The notes: a model not told the origin generated them from the letters alone. A stretch of DNA of 64,000 nt from Eledone cirrhosa (GCA_964016885.1 OZ024741.1:192820001-192884000), one strand, 5' to 3'; positions 40,413-54,977 are shown, counted from the first letter of the stretch. Numbers and translations are program-made.

Positions 40413-43400
40413 ATCATCATCATCATCATCATCAACATCATCATGTTACGTCCGCTTTTCCCTGCTTGCAAGGGTGGGCGGGTTTTATTCAGCACAGCAT
40501 CTCTCCACTTGTTACGGTCCTTCTTCATCTCCATTCAGATCTGAGGTCTGTTCTCACCACCTCCCCCCATATTTTTCGTGGTCTTCCTCTATCACGTCTT
40601 CCTTCAACTGGCATTTCCTGGCACTTCTTCACCCATCGGTCATCCTCCATGCGCATCACATGTCCATACCACCGCAGTCTCCTCTCTTGCACTTTAGATT
40701 CTATCCCTCTCAGACACAGTTTCTCTCTCAACACATCCATGTTGGGTCGTTCACGCACATTGACATTGCACATCTATCGGAGCATGCTTGTCTCATTTCT
40801 CTCCAGTCGTCGCATATCCTCTGCAGTTGCTGCCTATGTCTCACTACCATGCAGCTTCGCGCTCCTCACGCAGGCATCATATAACCGGCCTTTCGTATGC
40901 AGGGAGAAACCCTTCTTCGTCAGCAGAGGAAGCAGCTCCCTAAACTTCTTCCAACCCATCCTTATTCTAGATACTATGGCCTCGGAACCCCCCCCCCCCT
41001 CCCATGCTAATCTGATCACCTAGGTACCGGAAAAAATCCACCACTTCTCTAGCAACCGCCTGCATTTGAAAAATGTGTCTATTAATGCGACTTCTACTGT
41101 CTAATTTCCCTGTACATCTACTGCATAGTCATTTCTCCCTACCTGTTAGTTTGCCTGCTATCCCGCTACATCTCTTGTGGATATGCATTGTGTATAATTT
41201 ATGCCAGTTCCTTTCTGCATATCGAGCGGAATCAGAGTTTTGTCCTCTTTTCTACTTATCAACTCTTTTGTCTTAGCTAGGTTCACTCTCAGTCCTCTTG
41301 CTTCCAACTGCTGTTTCCATAGCCAGAATTTATTCTATAGCTCCTCTACTGATTCTGCTATAAGAACCAGATCGTCAGCATAGAGAAGTTCCCATGGACA
41401 GCCAGTCTTAAACTCCTCTGTTATGGCTTGTAGGACTATAATGAACAAGAGCGGGCTGAGGACCGAAACTTGATGTACTCCTACTTGTATATGGAATTCT
41501 TCACTAAACTCCATTCCTACCCTGACTTTACTGACAGCACCTCTGTACAAAGTTTGCACTGTCCTCACAAGCCATTCCTCAACACCTAGTTTCCTTAGGG
41601 ACCACCAGATGAGAGATCGGGGTATCCTATCAAAGGCCTTCTCTAGGTCAACAAAGGCTAAGTATAGTGGCTTATTCTTCTCTAAGAACCTCTCTTGTAA
41701 TTGTCTCACCAAGAAGAGGGCATCTGTTGTACTTTTCCCAGGCACAAAACCAAACTGCATCTCATCTAGTTTGACTCTTTCTCAATTAGTTGTGCTAATA
41801 TCCTTTCTGCCTCTTTCATAACCTGATCCATCAGTTTTATACCCCTATAATTGCTCCTCTCCAGAGCATCCCCTTTACCTTTGTAGCAATTCATGAGAAT
41901 ACTGCTGCACCAGTCTTTGGTTATGACACCACCATATATAGCCTGATTGATGCGTGCAACCAGTTAAGTGCCTACGTCCCCTGATGCCTTCAGCATCTCA
42001 GCAACTATCCCCGATGGTCCATCAGCCTTACCATTTTTCATTTCCTTAATCGCCTCTTGGACCCTATATTCGTCAATCTCAATATCTGGTCCCTCTGTCG
42101 GATCTACTGAGGGTAATTTCTCTCTCTCCCATCTGTTCTCCACATTCATCAGTCTTTCATAATGACATTTCCAGGCCTCCTTTTTCTGATCATTCGTGAC
42201 ACTAAGTACACTGGCATCATTCCGGACACATTTATCTCCAACAAAATCCTGATTTGCATTGACACACTGCCTTGCAATGTGGAACACCGGACGCCTCTGA
42301 TCTTCCCCTCGCAGAACATTGGCAAACCTCCTACTCTCAGCGTCCTGCCTGCTAAGTACACCTGACGTTTAGCTTCTCTCTTAGCGGCTGTATAGCCTTC
42401 TCTACTCCCACCCTTTTTCCAAGCCTTACATGCTAGTCTTTTGTCTCTAATGGCCCTATCTACTGTGCTGTTCCACCACCACGTCACTCTCTGTCTGGTT
42501 TGAGCTCTGCTCCAGCCACATGTTTCATCAGTAGACTGCAGTAAGTTGTCACGTAAGAAATTCCAGTTATTATCTATGTCATACGACTCTAAATCGTTCT
42601 TTTTCGTCATACACAGCTTGAAGGGCTTTCCTAAATTTGTATTTTAGTGAAAGGTCTTTTAGCTTCCGGACCTTTCTTCTCCACACCTTCCTGTATGTCC
42701 CATTTCATCTCTTGCTTACTGAGATAACACTAACGACTAACCTATGCTGTGGGGTACATTCTTCCCCAGGGTATGCCCTTGGTATTAGACACTATCTGCC
42801 TGTCCCACTGCCTAACTAGTAAGAAGTCAATCTGGCGTATGTGCTTGCCTGATTTGTTGGTTATTAGTTGGTTGGCAGGTTTCTGGAAGTTAGTGTTGCG
42901 AAAGGTCAGTGTTCTTGCATCACAAAATTCAAGAAGTCTCACTCCTTCTTCATTCCTTGAGCCGTAACCGTGCCCACTATGTACCCCAGTGTAACCATCC
43001 TGGAGTTGCCCAACATGACTATTGAAGACCCTTGCTAGCATAACGATGTCTCCGTCCTCTGTCATTGCAGCTGTTTGTAAAAGTTGCTCGTAAAAGCAGT
43101 CTTTCTCTTATTTGCTTAGGCCTGCTTGGGGAGCATAGGCAGAGATGATTGTCAGTAGTCTCCTGCCTACAACTAATCTAAGCTTAATTATTCGATTATT
43201 AACTCGAACTACCTCTATTGTCTTATTGATCCATCTCTCAGCCAGGAAAATGCCTACTCCCCCTAACCCATCATCCTTACCTGCCCAGAAAAGCTTATAG
43301 CTAAGATGTTTGCCTGCGACTAGTCTCGCAGAGGCACCTCTCCATCTCACCTCTTGCACGCAGCAAACATCCACATGCCTTCTCTCCAGCATCTCCACTT

Positions 43401-43620
43401 TTTCACCAGATCTACTTGTGAGAGTGCGAACATTAAGTGTTGTAACTCTGACATGCGACGTCTTCATATTTTTGTTGTTCCTATATATTTGTTGCTGTGC
43501 TCATAATTGTTTTGGCATTGATACACTAGTTGGATGCCCTTCCTAACACCAGTGCCACTTTACAGCATGGACTGGGTGCTTTTATTTGTTCCACCAACAC
43601 TTGAGAGGATGTCTTACTGG
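40413..43620 (-). mobile_element. Near full-length RTE-clade LINE (APE + RT), frameshifted, with (GAT)n tail
   Basis: TLNVRTL, VQEVRW, SAYAPQ, QIDF, GKADGPSG, MQFGFVPGKSTTDA, FVDLEKAFD, LLYADD and RLRWYGHVMR motifs. (TCA)n at 40413-40444. The 5' boundary is approximate. Confidence 0.92.
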
Positions 43621-44428
43621 ACTCATGGACCCTCTCTACCCCTCTATTTTACAGCATGGGTCATAACAAAAAAAAACACTTATTGACACTCACGGCACAC
43701 ACACACATTCACTCACACACCAACACTCATGCATAAAAACACACACGCCACTCACACACACACACATACATATATTACCGTCAGTACTGATACAAGATCA
43801 TGTCAACTGTTGACTTTTACAGTTCAGTTTTTATATAATAATAATAATTGTTTGCTTTACAGCATAGAGCAACGGCCCTCCACGCTCCTGGCCCAAAACA
43901 AGGCATCAGCAATGCGCTGGGACAATCGGTGCCCCGGGCCAAGAACAGAACAGTTATTTAGTATTATAGTTGTTTTCTTCTTATATAATATATATATACT
44001 CTCTCTTCCCTAATCCCCCCGCTCTCTCTCACTCTTCTTTTGGGTCTCTTTCTCTCGCTCTTATCCCCTCTTTTTCTCTCTTTTATACCCTCTCTCTCTC
44101 TCATCCCCTTTCTCTTTTCCTCTACAGAATGAAGAACAAAAAAAAAACAAATAAGTAGTTGCCTCCTTTTGGAGGACTGAGTCGTGGGCGGAGAAGGGGA
44201 GTAGTGGGACGGAGGGTTTAATGTCCCCACGGGTTCCATTTTCGTTGGAATCCAATTAGCCAGTCGTTTTCTTGAATATGAGCTTAACATGTTTGTAAAG
44301 GTTCATCAGGATCAGATCAATGGTTTAAACGCCAACTGGTAATACACAGACAGAAATTGCCATTTATATAGTCGAAATATATATTATATTATTTTATTTT
44401 ATATTATATATATTATATTATATTATAT

Positions 44429-44507
<79 letters not shown>

Positions 44508-44838
44508 ATGGGACTAATCCCTGAAAGATTCTTCGAAATTCTACATAAACATTTTCCACCAAACCACAGATACCACCAAATATTTAACAGGTAAATGGAA
44601 AAAGATGAGTGTTGACGTCAATACTCATTTTTTCCATTTCTCCGAGGGTTTTTAAGCCCACTATCAGGCTAAATAATTTCTTTAATTTCTTTAGTCAAAA
44701 TACGGCGATAGCTTACATTTATAATAATTTCAAACCCGCTCGCCGATTCGAAAATATTATTACTATATATATATATAGGCGGTGAATTGGCAGTATTGGT
44801 AGAGGGTCGGATATATTATTACTATATATATATATATT

Positions 44839-45030
44839 GGCGGTGAATTGGCAGTATCGGTAGAGGGTCGGACGCCATGCTTTCTAGCATAGTTACGTCC
44901 CTTTACAGTCTGAGTTCAAATCCCGCCGAGGTTAACTTTACCTTTCATCCTTACGGGGTCGATAAAATAAAGTACCAGTAATGTACTGGGTAATTGCTGG
45001 CCTTGTGCCTAAAAGTAGAAACAATTATTA
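44839..45030 (+). mobile_element. tRNA-derived SINE, preceded by a duplicated 5' head (44778-44811)
   Basis: A/B boxes and core; sits in TA-rich flanks. Confidence 0.9.
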
Positions 45031-45100
45031 CTATATATATATATATATAATTTTATATATATATATATTATTTTATATATATATATAAATATATATATTT

Positions 45101-46692
45101 TATCGGGATGATTGTCTATTGATATCTAACAATCTTAGCAATTCTAATATAGAGAAAAACAAAAAACAAATTAGAAAATTCCTCAAGGACTATTACAACC
45201 TTAACATCACCTTTGAAAACACTTCAAAAGTAGCTAACTTACTTGACGTTACCTTAGACCTCTCTACGAATATTTATCAACCTTACCACAAACCCAACCA
45301 GAATCTACACTATGTACATTCACGCTTTAACCACCCTAGCTCTATACTCAAAAACTTAGTATACAACATATCTCTTAGACTTTCTAAATTATCTTCCAAT
45401 GAGGATATATTTTATAAAAATGCACCCTTCCACAACGAGGCCCTCACTAGAAGTGGATATAAAGAAAAAATTTCATATATCCCCAGCACTACTATGGACC
45501 AAAATACAAAACCTAATAAAAACTACAAACACCAAAAAATACCATCGAAACAAATTCCTAATGGGGTAATTCCTATTACACCAAACAACCGAAAAACCAC
45601 AACAACTATTACTACACGATCTATGACCAATGTTAACAACTCACATATGACTACCAAACATTCAACCTCTCATAATCTACCCAATAATAACACCAAATAC
45701 AACCACTTTCCACAAATACAAATACTAACCTTAAGAACTCTTCTAGAACACAGCACATTAATATAAGTGATAATAAGAACTTAACTAAAAACCGCAAAAG
45801 AAACATAACATGGTACAACGCACCCTTCAACCTGCAAACTATTGGACAAATTCCCCCAAAATTCTTCGAAATTCTACATAAACATTTTCCACCAAACCAC
45901 AGATACCACCAAATATTTAACAGGTATACCGTTAAATTCTCATACTCAACATCAAACAATCTCCAGCAAAAAATAAGCAACTACAACATTTATAAATTTA
46001 AAAATAATATGACCACACCACCACAACATAATTTAAATTGAACTGCACTTTTTAAAATGACAAATAATACAATCTTTCAACCTGGAAAACACAACCACCC
46101 AAATCACCAACACAAAAATAATATAACACAAAATCACAATACAACCCTAGCACTAAACTACCCACAAAGCAGCCTTCATTCTCTCGCTAACATTAATAAC
46201 AAAACGAATAGCTCAATGATTAATGAGAACTATGTAGGTACCCCCAACAACCATCTTACGTATGGTTGTAATTGCAGAAATAGAAGCGTTTGCCCCTTAA
46301 ATGGTAACTGTTTCATTAATAATGTAATATATAAATGCACTGTGTCTACAACTGACTCCAACAAAACATATATAGGATCTACATCGAACACATTTTAAAA
46401 AAGATATTACGCACACTCCAGTAGCTTTAACAATACTAAACTATCTAACACCACATCTTTAGCTGAAGCAGTAAATAACTATAAAAAGAAAAAAATTGAT
46501 TTCAAGCTATCGTGGAATACCATTCTGCAAAGACCTACATATCTTGGGAACAGGAGAGAATGTAGATTATGTTCCGCGGAGATCTTGGAAATCACTAAAT
46601 CTAAGGACGATTTATTGAATAAAAGACAGGAACTGATTATAGCTTGTAATCATCGTATACGAAAAACATTTAAGTACTATAAACCTAATTAA
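45101..46692 (+). pseudogene. Penelope-like element: RT C-terminal half and GIY-YIG endonuclease, 5'-truncated and frameshifted
   Basis: YRDD at 45101, then LLDVTLDL, YQPYHKP...NHP, CNCRNRSVCPLNGNC...NVIYKC...TYIGST and C-terminal CRLC...LNKRQEL. Confidence 0.88.
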
Positions 46693-47037
46693 ATATTCTA
46701 AATAGCAACTCACTATAATTCTATGTAACGTAACATTTGTTAGTATCCCCTTCGCCTAATTATACGCATTCCTGCTTATTTTTTGATTTTTTTTAACCTT
46801 TTAATTTTTTAGCTTCCTTAGATTCATGCGTTAATGACTAAGAGCAACAGGGTACATAACCACCTGTAATTGCATGGGTATATATATGTATCTATGTATC
46901 TATGTATGTATGATATGAGAATATATATATATGTGGGTATATATGTATATGTGTGTATATGTATATGTGTGTGTATGTATGTGTGTACATGTATGTGTGT
47001 GTGTGTACATATATATATGTATGTATAAGTGTGTATG

Positions 47038-47069
<32 letters not shown>

Positions 47070-47574
47070 CAGTATTTTCCGTTGTGTTGTAATATAAATA
47101 TTACACACAGTAGATTATCAGCTCACGTAGAGTTTGCTCGACGGTTCCAGTTGTAGTTCCAAAAGTAATCTGGAGAAAAATAGAAAGATTTGAATGGATA
47201 CAGTTTAGTTGAAAGGAATTTATTGACACGTGTTTCTATAACAGTTACATAACCTATATATATGTATGTATATGATTGTATGCACATATGTGGGTGTATG
47301 TATATGTTTATATCTATATATGCGTATGTATGTTTTTAATAAAGTATTAATATAACTATACCTCTATCTATATATGTGAATATATGCACTTTGTGATCTA
47401 TGAAAATTATGCATTTTGACTATATGTCAACATGCATTTATCTGAGTTTGATTACTTATACAAAGACACACTTGAAAATATTTACTATTTTATATTTTAA
47501 GATGTATCATACGCTGTATTATACTATATACAATGTACCATACCGTACTATATTATGTTACATTATATTATATT

Positions 47575-47966
47575 GGTGGATTGGCAGTATCGGTAGAGAG
47601 TCGGACGCCATGCTTTCCACCATAGTTACGTCCCTTTACGATCTGAGTTCAAATCCCGCCGAGGTTGACTTTGCCTTTCATCCTTACGGGGTCGATAAAA
47701 TAAAGTACCAGTAATGCACTGGTGATTTGCTGGCCTTGTGCCAAAAGTAGAAACAATTATATTATATTGTTATAATATAATATTGGATTGGCAGTATTGG
47801 TAGAGGGTCGGACGCCATGCTTTCCAGCATAGTTACGTCCCTTTACGATCTGAGTTCAAATCCCGCCGAGGTTGACTTTGCCTTTCATCCTTAAGGGTCG
47901 ATAAAATAAAGTACCAGTAATGTACTGGGTAATTGCTGGCCTTGGGCCTAAAGTAGAAACAATTAT
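47575..47966 (+). mobile_element. Two tandem tRNA-derived SINE copies (47575-47760, 47784-47966)
   Basis: Each copy has A/B boxes and core. Confidence 0.9.
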
Positions 47967-49916
47967 ATTATATTATATTGTTATATTATTATATTTAATT
48001 ATCTTATTATAGTTTTCATCTTTTAATATACTATCTTTCCTAGTCATGACCATGATTTATATTCACCTAAAAGCTCCATACAACACAACTCAACACTTAA
48101 ATTTTACATTCCTTTTAAACTCCACTGTACCATATACATTCAACTATCAATATAACAATCCCCTTTTTCCTCATAGGTTCTTTATAGCAATTGTATTTTT
48201 AACACCATTCAACCATTCCCTTCAAAGGTCATGACCTCAACTAAGGTGAGTTTTTTTTTTCATCTTAACATCATATGGGAAAAAAAAACAATTTGATTGG
48301 CTTGTTCTTCAGCTACCTCCAAATAAGGTCATAGAACTCAATTTACTACTGATTTTGAATAAAATTCTCATTGCTTTTGACAACAGCTGATGACATACAT
48401 GTAAGTAAATATATTTCTCATCTTATATATTGTAACTAACCCTGTATAGATCGATAACGAAATATGCGTACTATGTATTATTATCACCTAGAAATGAGCG
48501 TAAAGCAGTGAAGTATATTTCTAATAACTTGAATTTTTATTTCATTGTTTTAACTTATATAAATATATATAATGTTTTTGTGTGTTGAGAAAAACAAAGT
48601 TACTGCAGTCTTTTCCATTACATATGTTGAATTATATTTTAGTTAATGTTTATATTGAATGTTTTAAGTTAGTTAAAGCAATGGATTGTAAATTAGTCTT
48701 ACTGTATTCTTATTCCTGGATTAGTGTTGTTCAACAGGTAGATTTTCCTCACTATCACAATTAGTATGGTCATTAAAAGATAATAACATTAAATACTCCA
48801 TCTTTTGGAGGAAATTGAGATTGCTATCGCTTACAAAAACTCTACAATGGTCGGATTTTGCCATCTCTGTAACGAAGAAATCTTTCATATAATCACCAAC
48901 CATGACAAAATAATTAACAAACGGAATGAGGTATTTAGTTCTTGTTTCCATAAATTAGGAAATACTTTTCAGGCAATGTACTAGTTCCAAAAAAAAAATG
49001 CGAGCAAATAAGACCTTGAATATATACAGATTTGCCTAATTGAAGTACAAATATAAATGTAAGAGCATAACTTCATTGAAAGTATTTTATCTTATGAAAT
49101 GATGAGGATAGTACACTATCTAATATATATCTTAATTGAACCTAAATTAAGTTATAAACGATTGGATATGTTGAAGAACTTAAAAAGTAATAATAATAAA
49201 GTCGTTTAGTGGGAGAAAAGATATTCTATATAAGAACAATTTTTATATTGAAAAGAGTTATCTCCCTTTTGTTTATATTATCCATAAACCATTTCATATC
49301 CGCTTACAAAATATATATATAAAATATTGATTAATAGTAATAATTAATAGTACATAGACTATATATTAGAATAATTAAGTATAGAAGTAATTATAAATAT
49401 AACCCTTCAGTAAGGGAAATAAAGTTTATGGTGAGTAAACATAACCACATGTAAATTTTAAATAAATAAATGAATCATTAAAGTGGAATTTTGAATTAAT
49501 TTAGAAGATAAATGAATAAAATCTATTATATATTGATATGGATATATGCATATTCAATAGACATTAAAGATAAAGTATTTAAACAGACGTTATAAAGCTA
49601 CATAGAATATATAACAATATATTACCTCATAATATAACATTGTCATAACCTCGAAGGAAATAATTTAAGCATATAAATATGTAAGAATTCAAATATTCGA
49701 TTGCCGTAGAAATTAATCTATGCCCAATAATCTAGATATATTATAAACTTATAAATTAATTAAATCTTAATCCAATGTAAGCGGCATTCATTGATAACTC
49801 ATAAGAATAATTTATTAAATTTCTGTCTAGGGTCTGAATACAACGGTTGCTTTCTTTATCCTCTTCTTTTCTTTTTCTCTTTTTTTTCTCTCTCTCATTT
49901 TTATCTCCGCATCTTC

Positions 49917-49976
<60 letters not shown>

Positions 49977-50094
49977 TAATAAAGCTGACGGTCATATGTA
50001 TGCAACAAACTTTTCGCCAAACGGCTGAAAAAAACAGCACCAAATTTGCATCATGGATGCACATTTTTCCAAGTAAAAAGGTGAGGGTATTTTT

Positions 50095-51720
50095 CATCTC
50101 CTTCATCGTCGCAATCCTCTTGGTGTAGCTTCGTTGGATTGCCTCAAGCTCCGTGGTCAGTTTGACACTATGGTGTGACCACAGCTGAGAGCAATAGTCC
50201 AGGTGGCTTAGGACAAATGTCCTCCATAGTATCAACATGGTCTCTCGATCTCTTGTCCGGAAAGTCCTCAAGATCCAGCCAGCAAGTCGTCTGCACATTG
50301 TCGCCACTTTCATGATCTGTGAGGAAAAAGATGCATCGTCATTCATGTCTATACCCAGCTCTCGTATCGATTTCTACACGGGAATTTCGATCACTCCTGG
50401 TCCAGTGTACTGTATTTGTGTTTGCAGGTTGGCCTAGTAGGGCTTGACATTTTCCAGCATTAAACTGTATGTTGGTTTCTTCAGACCATTTGTATATGGC
50501 ATCCAGATCTTGTTGTAAAAGGGCAGCATCAGCCGGGTTTTTGATTGCCTGTGCTACCTTAGTGTCATCAGCATAGCTAGTGAGGGGTGTTGTATGTACT
50601 ACAGAGGTCACGTCTGAGAGAGCCACCAAAAACAGTAGTGGTCCTAGGACTGTGCCTTGGAGCACCCCACTTGTTATTGATGTTTCCTTTGAGAGGGTCC
50701 CGTTTGCTGCAACTGTCTCGTTTCTGTCCTTTAAGAAGTCATGCAACCACTCACCTACTTTTCCTGTTATGCTGAGTCTGTGTAGTTTGTGACATATCAT
50801 TGCGTGGTCGACCTTGTCAAAGGCCTTCGCAAAGTCAAGATATATCACGTCCACATGTGCTCTGTCTAGCAGTTGTTTCAGTACCCAGTCGTAGTGATGT
50901 AGCAGCTGTGTAAGGCAGCTTCTTCCTGGACGAAAGCCATGCTGCGTGCTAGTCAGGCGGTGATTTTAGTCGAGAAAAGTGATCAGTTTCTTTCTGATAA
51001 TTCGCTCCATGACCTTATTGATATGTGACGTCAGGGAGACTGGCCTTTAGTTTTTGGCCTCCGCTCTGCTACCTCCTTTATGGATAGGGCATATTGTGCT
51101 TTCTTTCAGCTCCCTGGGTAGTCTATCGCTAACCAAGGATCTTCTAAAGAGCGTCGTCAGTGGAGTTGCTAACGCCCGCTTAAATGTTTTAAGAGGACTG
51201 CTGGGAATCCATCAGGTCCAGCAGCTGAGTTCGTTCTAATTTCATCTATGGCGCCTCCGTTATGTCTATGTGGTTGATGGTCGCCATTTCTTCATGGAGT
51301 GTTGTGGCATCAAAGAAATCCTCTGGCTTTTTTTATTTGCATGTGCTGAAGTATCCCAGCAGTAGAATGCAGAGACCCTCGTCCAGTTTGTCAAGGACCT
51401 CTTCTATCCTACTGACGCTATCCTCAAATTTAGCCCCATGACTGGGGGCATCGGATGGCCGATATGTGATACATATTACCGTCTTTAGTTACTTCATATG
51501 TAATATCAGCGTGTCACAGACTGAGTTTGAATGTGTCAACAGTACAATTGGTGTGTCATCTTCACGGATATACAGAGCAACCCCACCATGAGTTCTCTTC
51601 TTCCTGTTCGAACGAAATACAGTATAATTTGGTATATGTATTTCCGCATCTGCCATACTGCTTGTCATGTGCGTTTCAGTTAGTGCCATGCATAATGCTT
51701 GATTGCTTATGTCCGTGCTT
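50095..51720 (-). mobile_element. Internally deleted CR1-clade LINE (APE + RT)
   Basis: ALTETH, GGVALYIR, YRP, DVIYLDFAKAFDKVDH, QGTVLGPLLF, YADD and SHLDYCSQLW motifs. Confidence 0.9.
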
Positions 51721-52195
51721 GTACTTTCTTACTTTTATTTTTCTTTCTCCCCGTTTTTCTCTTCCTTGAGGACACGGCTTAGCATGGCCATGTGTGGCGC
51801 TAAGAGGACATAGGCCCTCTCAATTTTTCTTCTTTTTCTGTCTATCTGCGCCAAAGTCCTCAGAAAGCAATGGTTCTTCAGAGTTTCCGCAAACATTTTG
51901 CTTGGTGGTGACCCATCAGCCAGGCTCCACTCCACCCCTTGATCAAAACCTCTAGTTCCATCTTTGACCAGTTTCGTTGGCTGTTAATTTCATTTCCTCC
52001 CTGCATGCAGTCCATTTCGCTGTAGAGGGGAGAGAGAGATATATATAGCGGGTAAGGTGGAGAAAAGGTTAGAGAGAGAGAGATAGAAAATTCTAGTGAG
52101 AAAATCAAGGAGCGATTTATATATATATACATTATCTTCCAACGGTTCTCAACCTCTCTGCATTGCTTTATTGTACTACAATAAAACTCACCTCC

Positions 52196-52275
<80 letters not shown>

Positions 52276-52281
<6 letters not shown>

Positions 52282-52592
52282 GAAGAGAGAAGAAACATTT
52301 AGATATAATTAGTAATAAAATGTATCATACCTAAACTGCTTCTAGATTCCTCGACTACGTAGTTTCGTGGCATAAACAAAAACAATACATCATAAAGATA
52401 TAGAGTCCCTGCGAGGTCTGCCGACTTATCAAGAGGATACCTCATTTTACTAGTCTCAAGAACGTGTCTACACGACGTGAGAAAGAATCCCAAAAGGCGG
52501 AGGGGGAGATAGTCACGCGATATAACGGTCGAGAAACAGAGCTAAGCCTCTTATAACCCCGAAGAAAATACCACAGAGGCGGAGGGGGTATT
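52276..52592 (-). mobile_element. Hammerhead-bearing terminal repeat (pLTR-like); inverted copy at 63152-63468
   Basis: Clearly alignable reverse-complement copies, each abutting (TA)n at its 3' end. Confidence 0.75.
52348..52437 (-). ncRNA. Type I hammerhead candidate, U3-A8 core variant
   Basis: TCCTC-TTGATAA-GTCGGCA...TGCCAC-GAA-ACTACGTAGT-C-GAGGA. Confidence 0.7.
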
Positions 52593-52976
52593 AATATTAA
52601 AGCCGTAGAAGAGGTGGTGAAGGGGACGAGAAGTATGAGTAATGGCAGCTTTCCAGCAGTCACCACACTTCAAAGATTACTCTACCAGAGGGAGTTATTA
52701 ACAATATATTTAGAAACACACAGATACATGCGGACACACACATATACATGAATGCATCCACACCCAACCGTGAGTTAAGTGTGCCAACCTCACCGATGTT
52801 GCTCAATGAATGACTGGGACAGACCAATCCGGTTGAACTAGACTGAATATATGTAGGAGGTGAGTTTTATTGTAGTACAATAAAGCAATGCAGATATTGG
52901 ATAAGTAGCACTCTACAGTTTGTAGGACTGGAGTATAAATGATATAAGATCAAAAGATGGTTAAAAGAGTTCCATG

Positions 52977-53047
52977 TATTTTATTATGCGCATTTCAAAA
53001 ACAAATATCATCATGAGATGACATTTGCGTTTTCGTCAGATAAAATA
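52977..53047 (-). ncRNA. Minimal type I hammerhead (left-arm copy)
   Basis: Reverse complement of 53145-53215, with one stem II difference. Confidence 0.75.
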
Positions 53048-53144
53048 GGGAGACATGATATGAAGGTTAAAAAACACTTGTGAATAGTGCAGTTTTAAAT
53101 CAACATATTCACAAGTGTTTTTTAACCTTCATACCATGTCTCCC

Positions 53145-53215
53145 TATTTTATCTGACGAAAACGCAAATGTCATCTCATGATGATATTTGATTTTGAAAT
53201 GCGCATAATAAAATA
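53145..53215 (+). ncRNA. Minimal type I hammerhead (right-arm copy)
   Basis: Stem I TATTTTAT/ATAAAATA; CTGACGA; stem II including CAAATGTCATC/GATGATATTTG; GAA; palindrome ATGCGCAT; AUA triplet. Confidence 0.78.
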
Positions 53216-53245
53216 CATGGAACTCTTTTAACCATCTTTTGATCT

Positions 53246-53302
<57 letters not shown>

Positions 53303-53438
53303 GTATAGGATTATCCAAGATGTAGTAATGGTTAATTACTACACTGGATATGGTTGACGTGCGGTAAGAGGTTACTCTACGAGTTATGGAAGAATTGTTG
53401 AAGAAACTTAGTTCCTGATCCTTCTGTATTCCGGAGTG

Positions 53439-53623
<185 letters not shown>

Positions 53624-53907
53624 TATCAAAGGTATATATTGTGGTAACTACCAGACACCCAGACAATGACTGGCGATGCTGTTTCGCAATTTAATTGTGA
53701 AGAGAATTACCAATTCCTATTGTTCATCAGTGGTTGAAACATTAGTAAACTCCTCACTTCTAAGTATATCAGAAAACTGAATAGTGTGCGTATATAAAAT
53801 AACGCACATGGTATCAGAACCTAGCGTGTCTCATAAACTCATACCACTAAAAATAGCAGCCAAGTCTACTCGACATTTAAATTAGCTCAACAAATTAACG
53901 GAGTCGA

Positions 53908-54150
53908 ATATATCAAAGGTATATATTGAGTTAGAAACTGAAAATAATCTCTTACAATAAAATAGCTCAAGGAAAGAAGTTTTTCTGAGCCGTGTAATAT
54001 AATTGAATATAAAAGAGAGATAAACACAGATATATACATATATGTGTTCAAATCGTAAGGGACCAGATTCGCTAAGGTGAAATAGATACTATGGACAATA
54101 GGGTTTGCCAGACTCAATTTAAGAATAAATCAAGAAAATAAATACAAACC
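53908..54150 (-). mobile_element. Unclassified TA-associated repeat; diverged inverted homologue at ~36235-36476
   Basis: Shared blocks such as TTGAGTCTGGCAAACC and GTTTCTAACTCAATATATACCTTTGATAT. Confidence 0.65.
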
Positions 54151-54180
54151 GGAATTGTGATATATATATATATACATTAA

Positions 54181-54365
54181 GTGGATTGGCAGTATCGGTA
54201 GAGGGTCGGACGCCATGCTTTCCAGCATAGTTACGTCCCTTTACGATCTGAGTTCAAATCCCGCCGAGGTTGACTTTGCCTTTCATCCTTACGGGGTCGA
54301 TAAAATAAAGTACCAGTAATGCACTGGGTAATTGCTGGCCTTGTGCCTAAAGTAGAAACAATTAT
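54181..54365 (+). mobile_element. tRNA-derived SINE
   Basis: A/B boxes and core. Confidence 0.9.
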
Positions 54366-54459
54366 ATAGTATATATATATATATATACATTAAATATTAT
54401 ATAGTATATATATATATAATCTGTCTCTCTCTATACTATATATATATATACAATATATA

Positions 54460-54503
<44 letters not shown>

Positions 54504-54758
54504 GTATGCGTACATAGACACACACACACACACACACACATACGCACATAAAATACACACTTGCATGCAACTATATCTACACACACGCATGGATACATCG
54601 GCCTACATTCACAGTGAGTGAATGTAGGCCTATGTATCAATGCCTGTGTGTATATATGTGTATGCATATGTGTGTATGTATATGTGTGTGTGTATGTGTG
54701 TGTGTATGTATATGCATGTGTGCGTGTTTACAGACATATGTATACATGCGTGTTTGCG

Positions 54759-54803
<45 letters not shown>

Positions 54804-54977
54804 ATGTAGACAGTTCAAGAGTAAACCAATCTTAAATAGAGAGATAATGGTAGGATAGGAGAGATTGGTGAAGGTATTAGAAGTCAAAGCTTAGAAGCGG
54901 GTGCTCGATGTGCAATATGCAGTGGAAAGCAGTCGGAAAACTGGGTTCATGCGGAGGTTGGGTGTAAAGAGCTGGAA

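Larger units (their letters stand above)
52942..53250. repeat. Foldback with ~145-bp arms and a ~19-bp spacer, abutting (TA)n
   Basis: Arms at ~52942-53086 and ~53106-53250 are reverse complements with about two differences. Confidence 0.92.

Noticed and set aside
44223-44313. Minus-strand CTGATGA...CGAAA hammerhead
   Set aside because: Stems I and II do not pair convincingly, and the cleavage position would be G.
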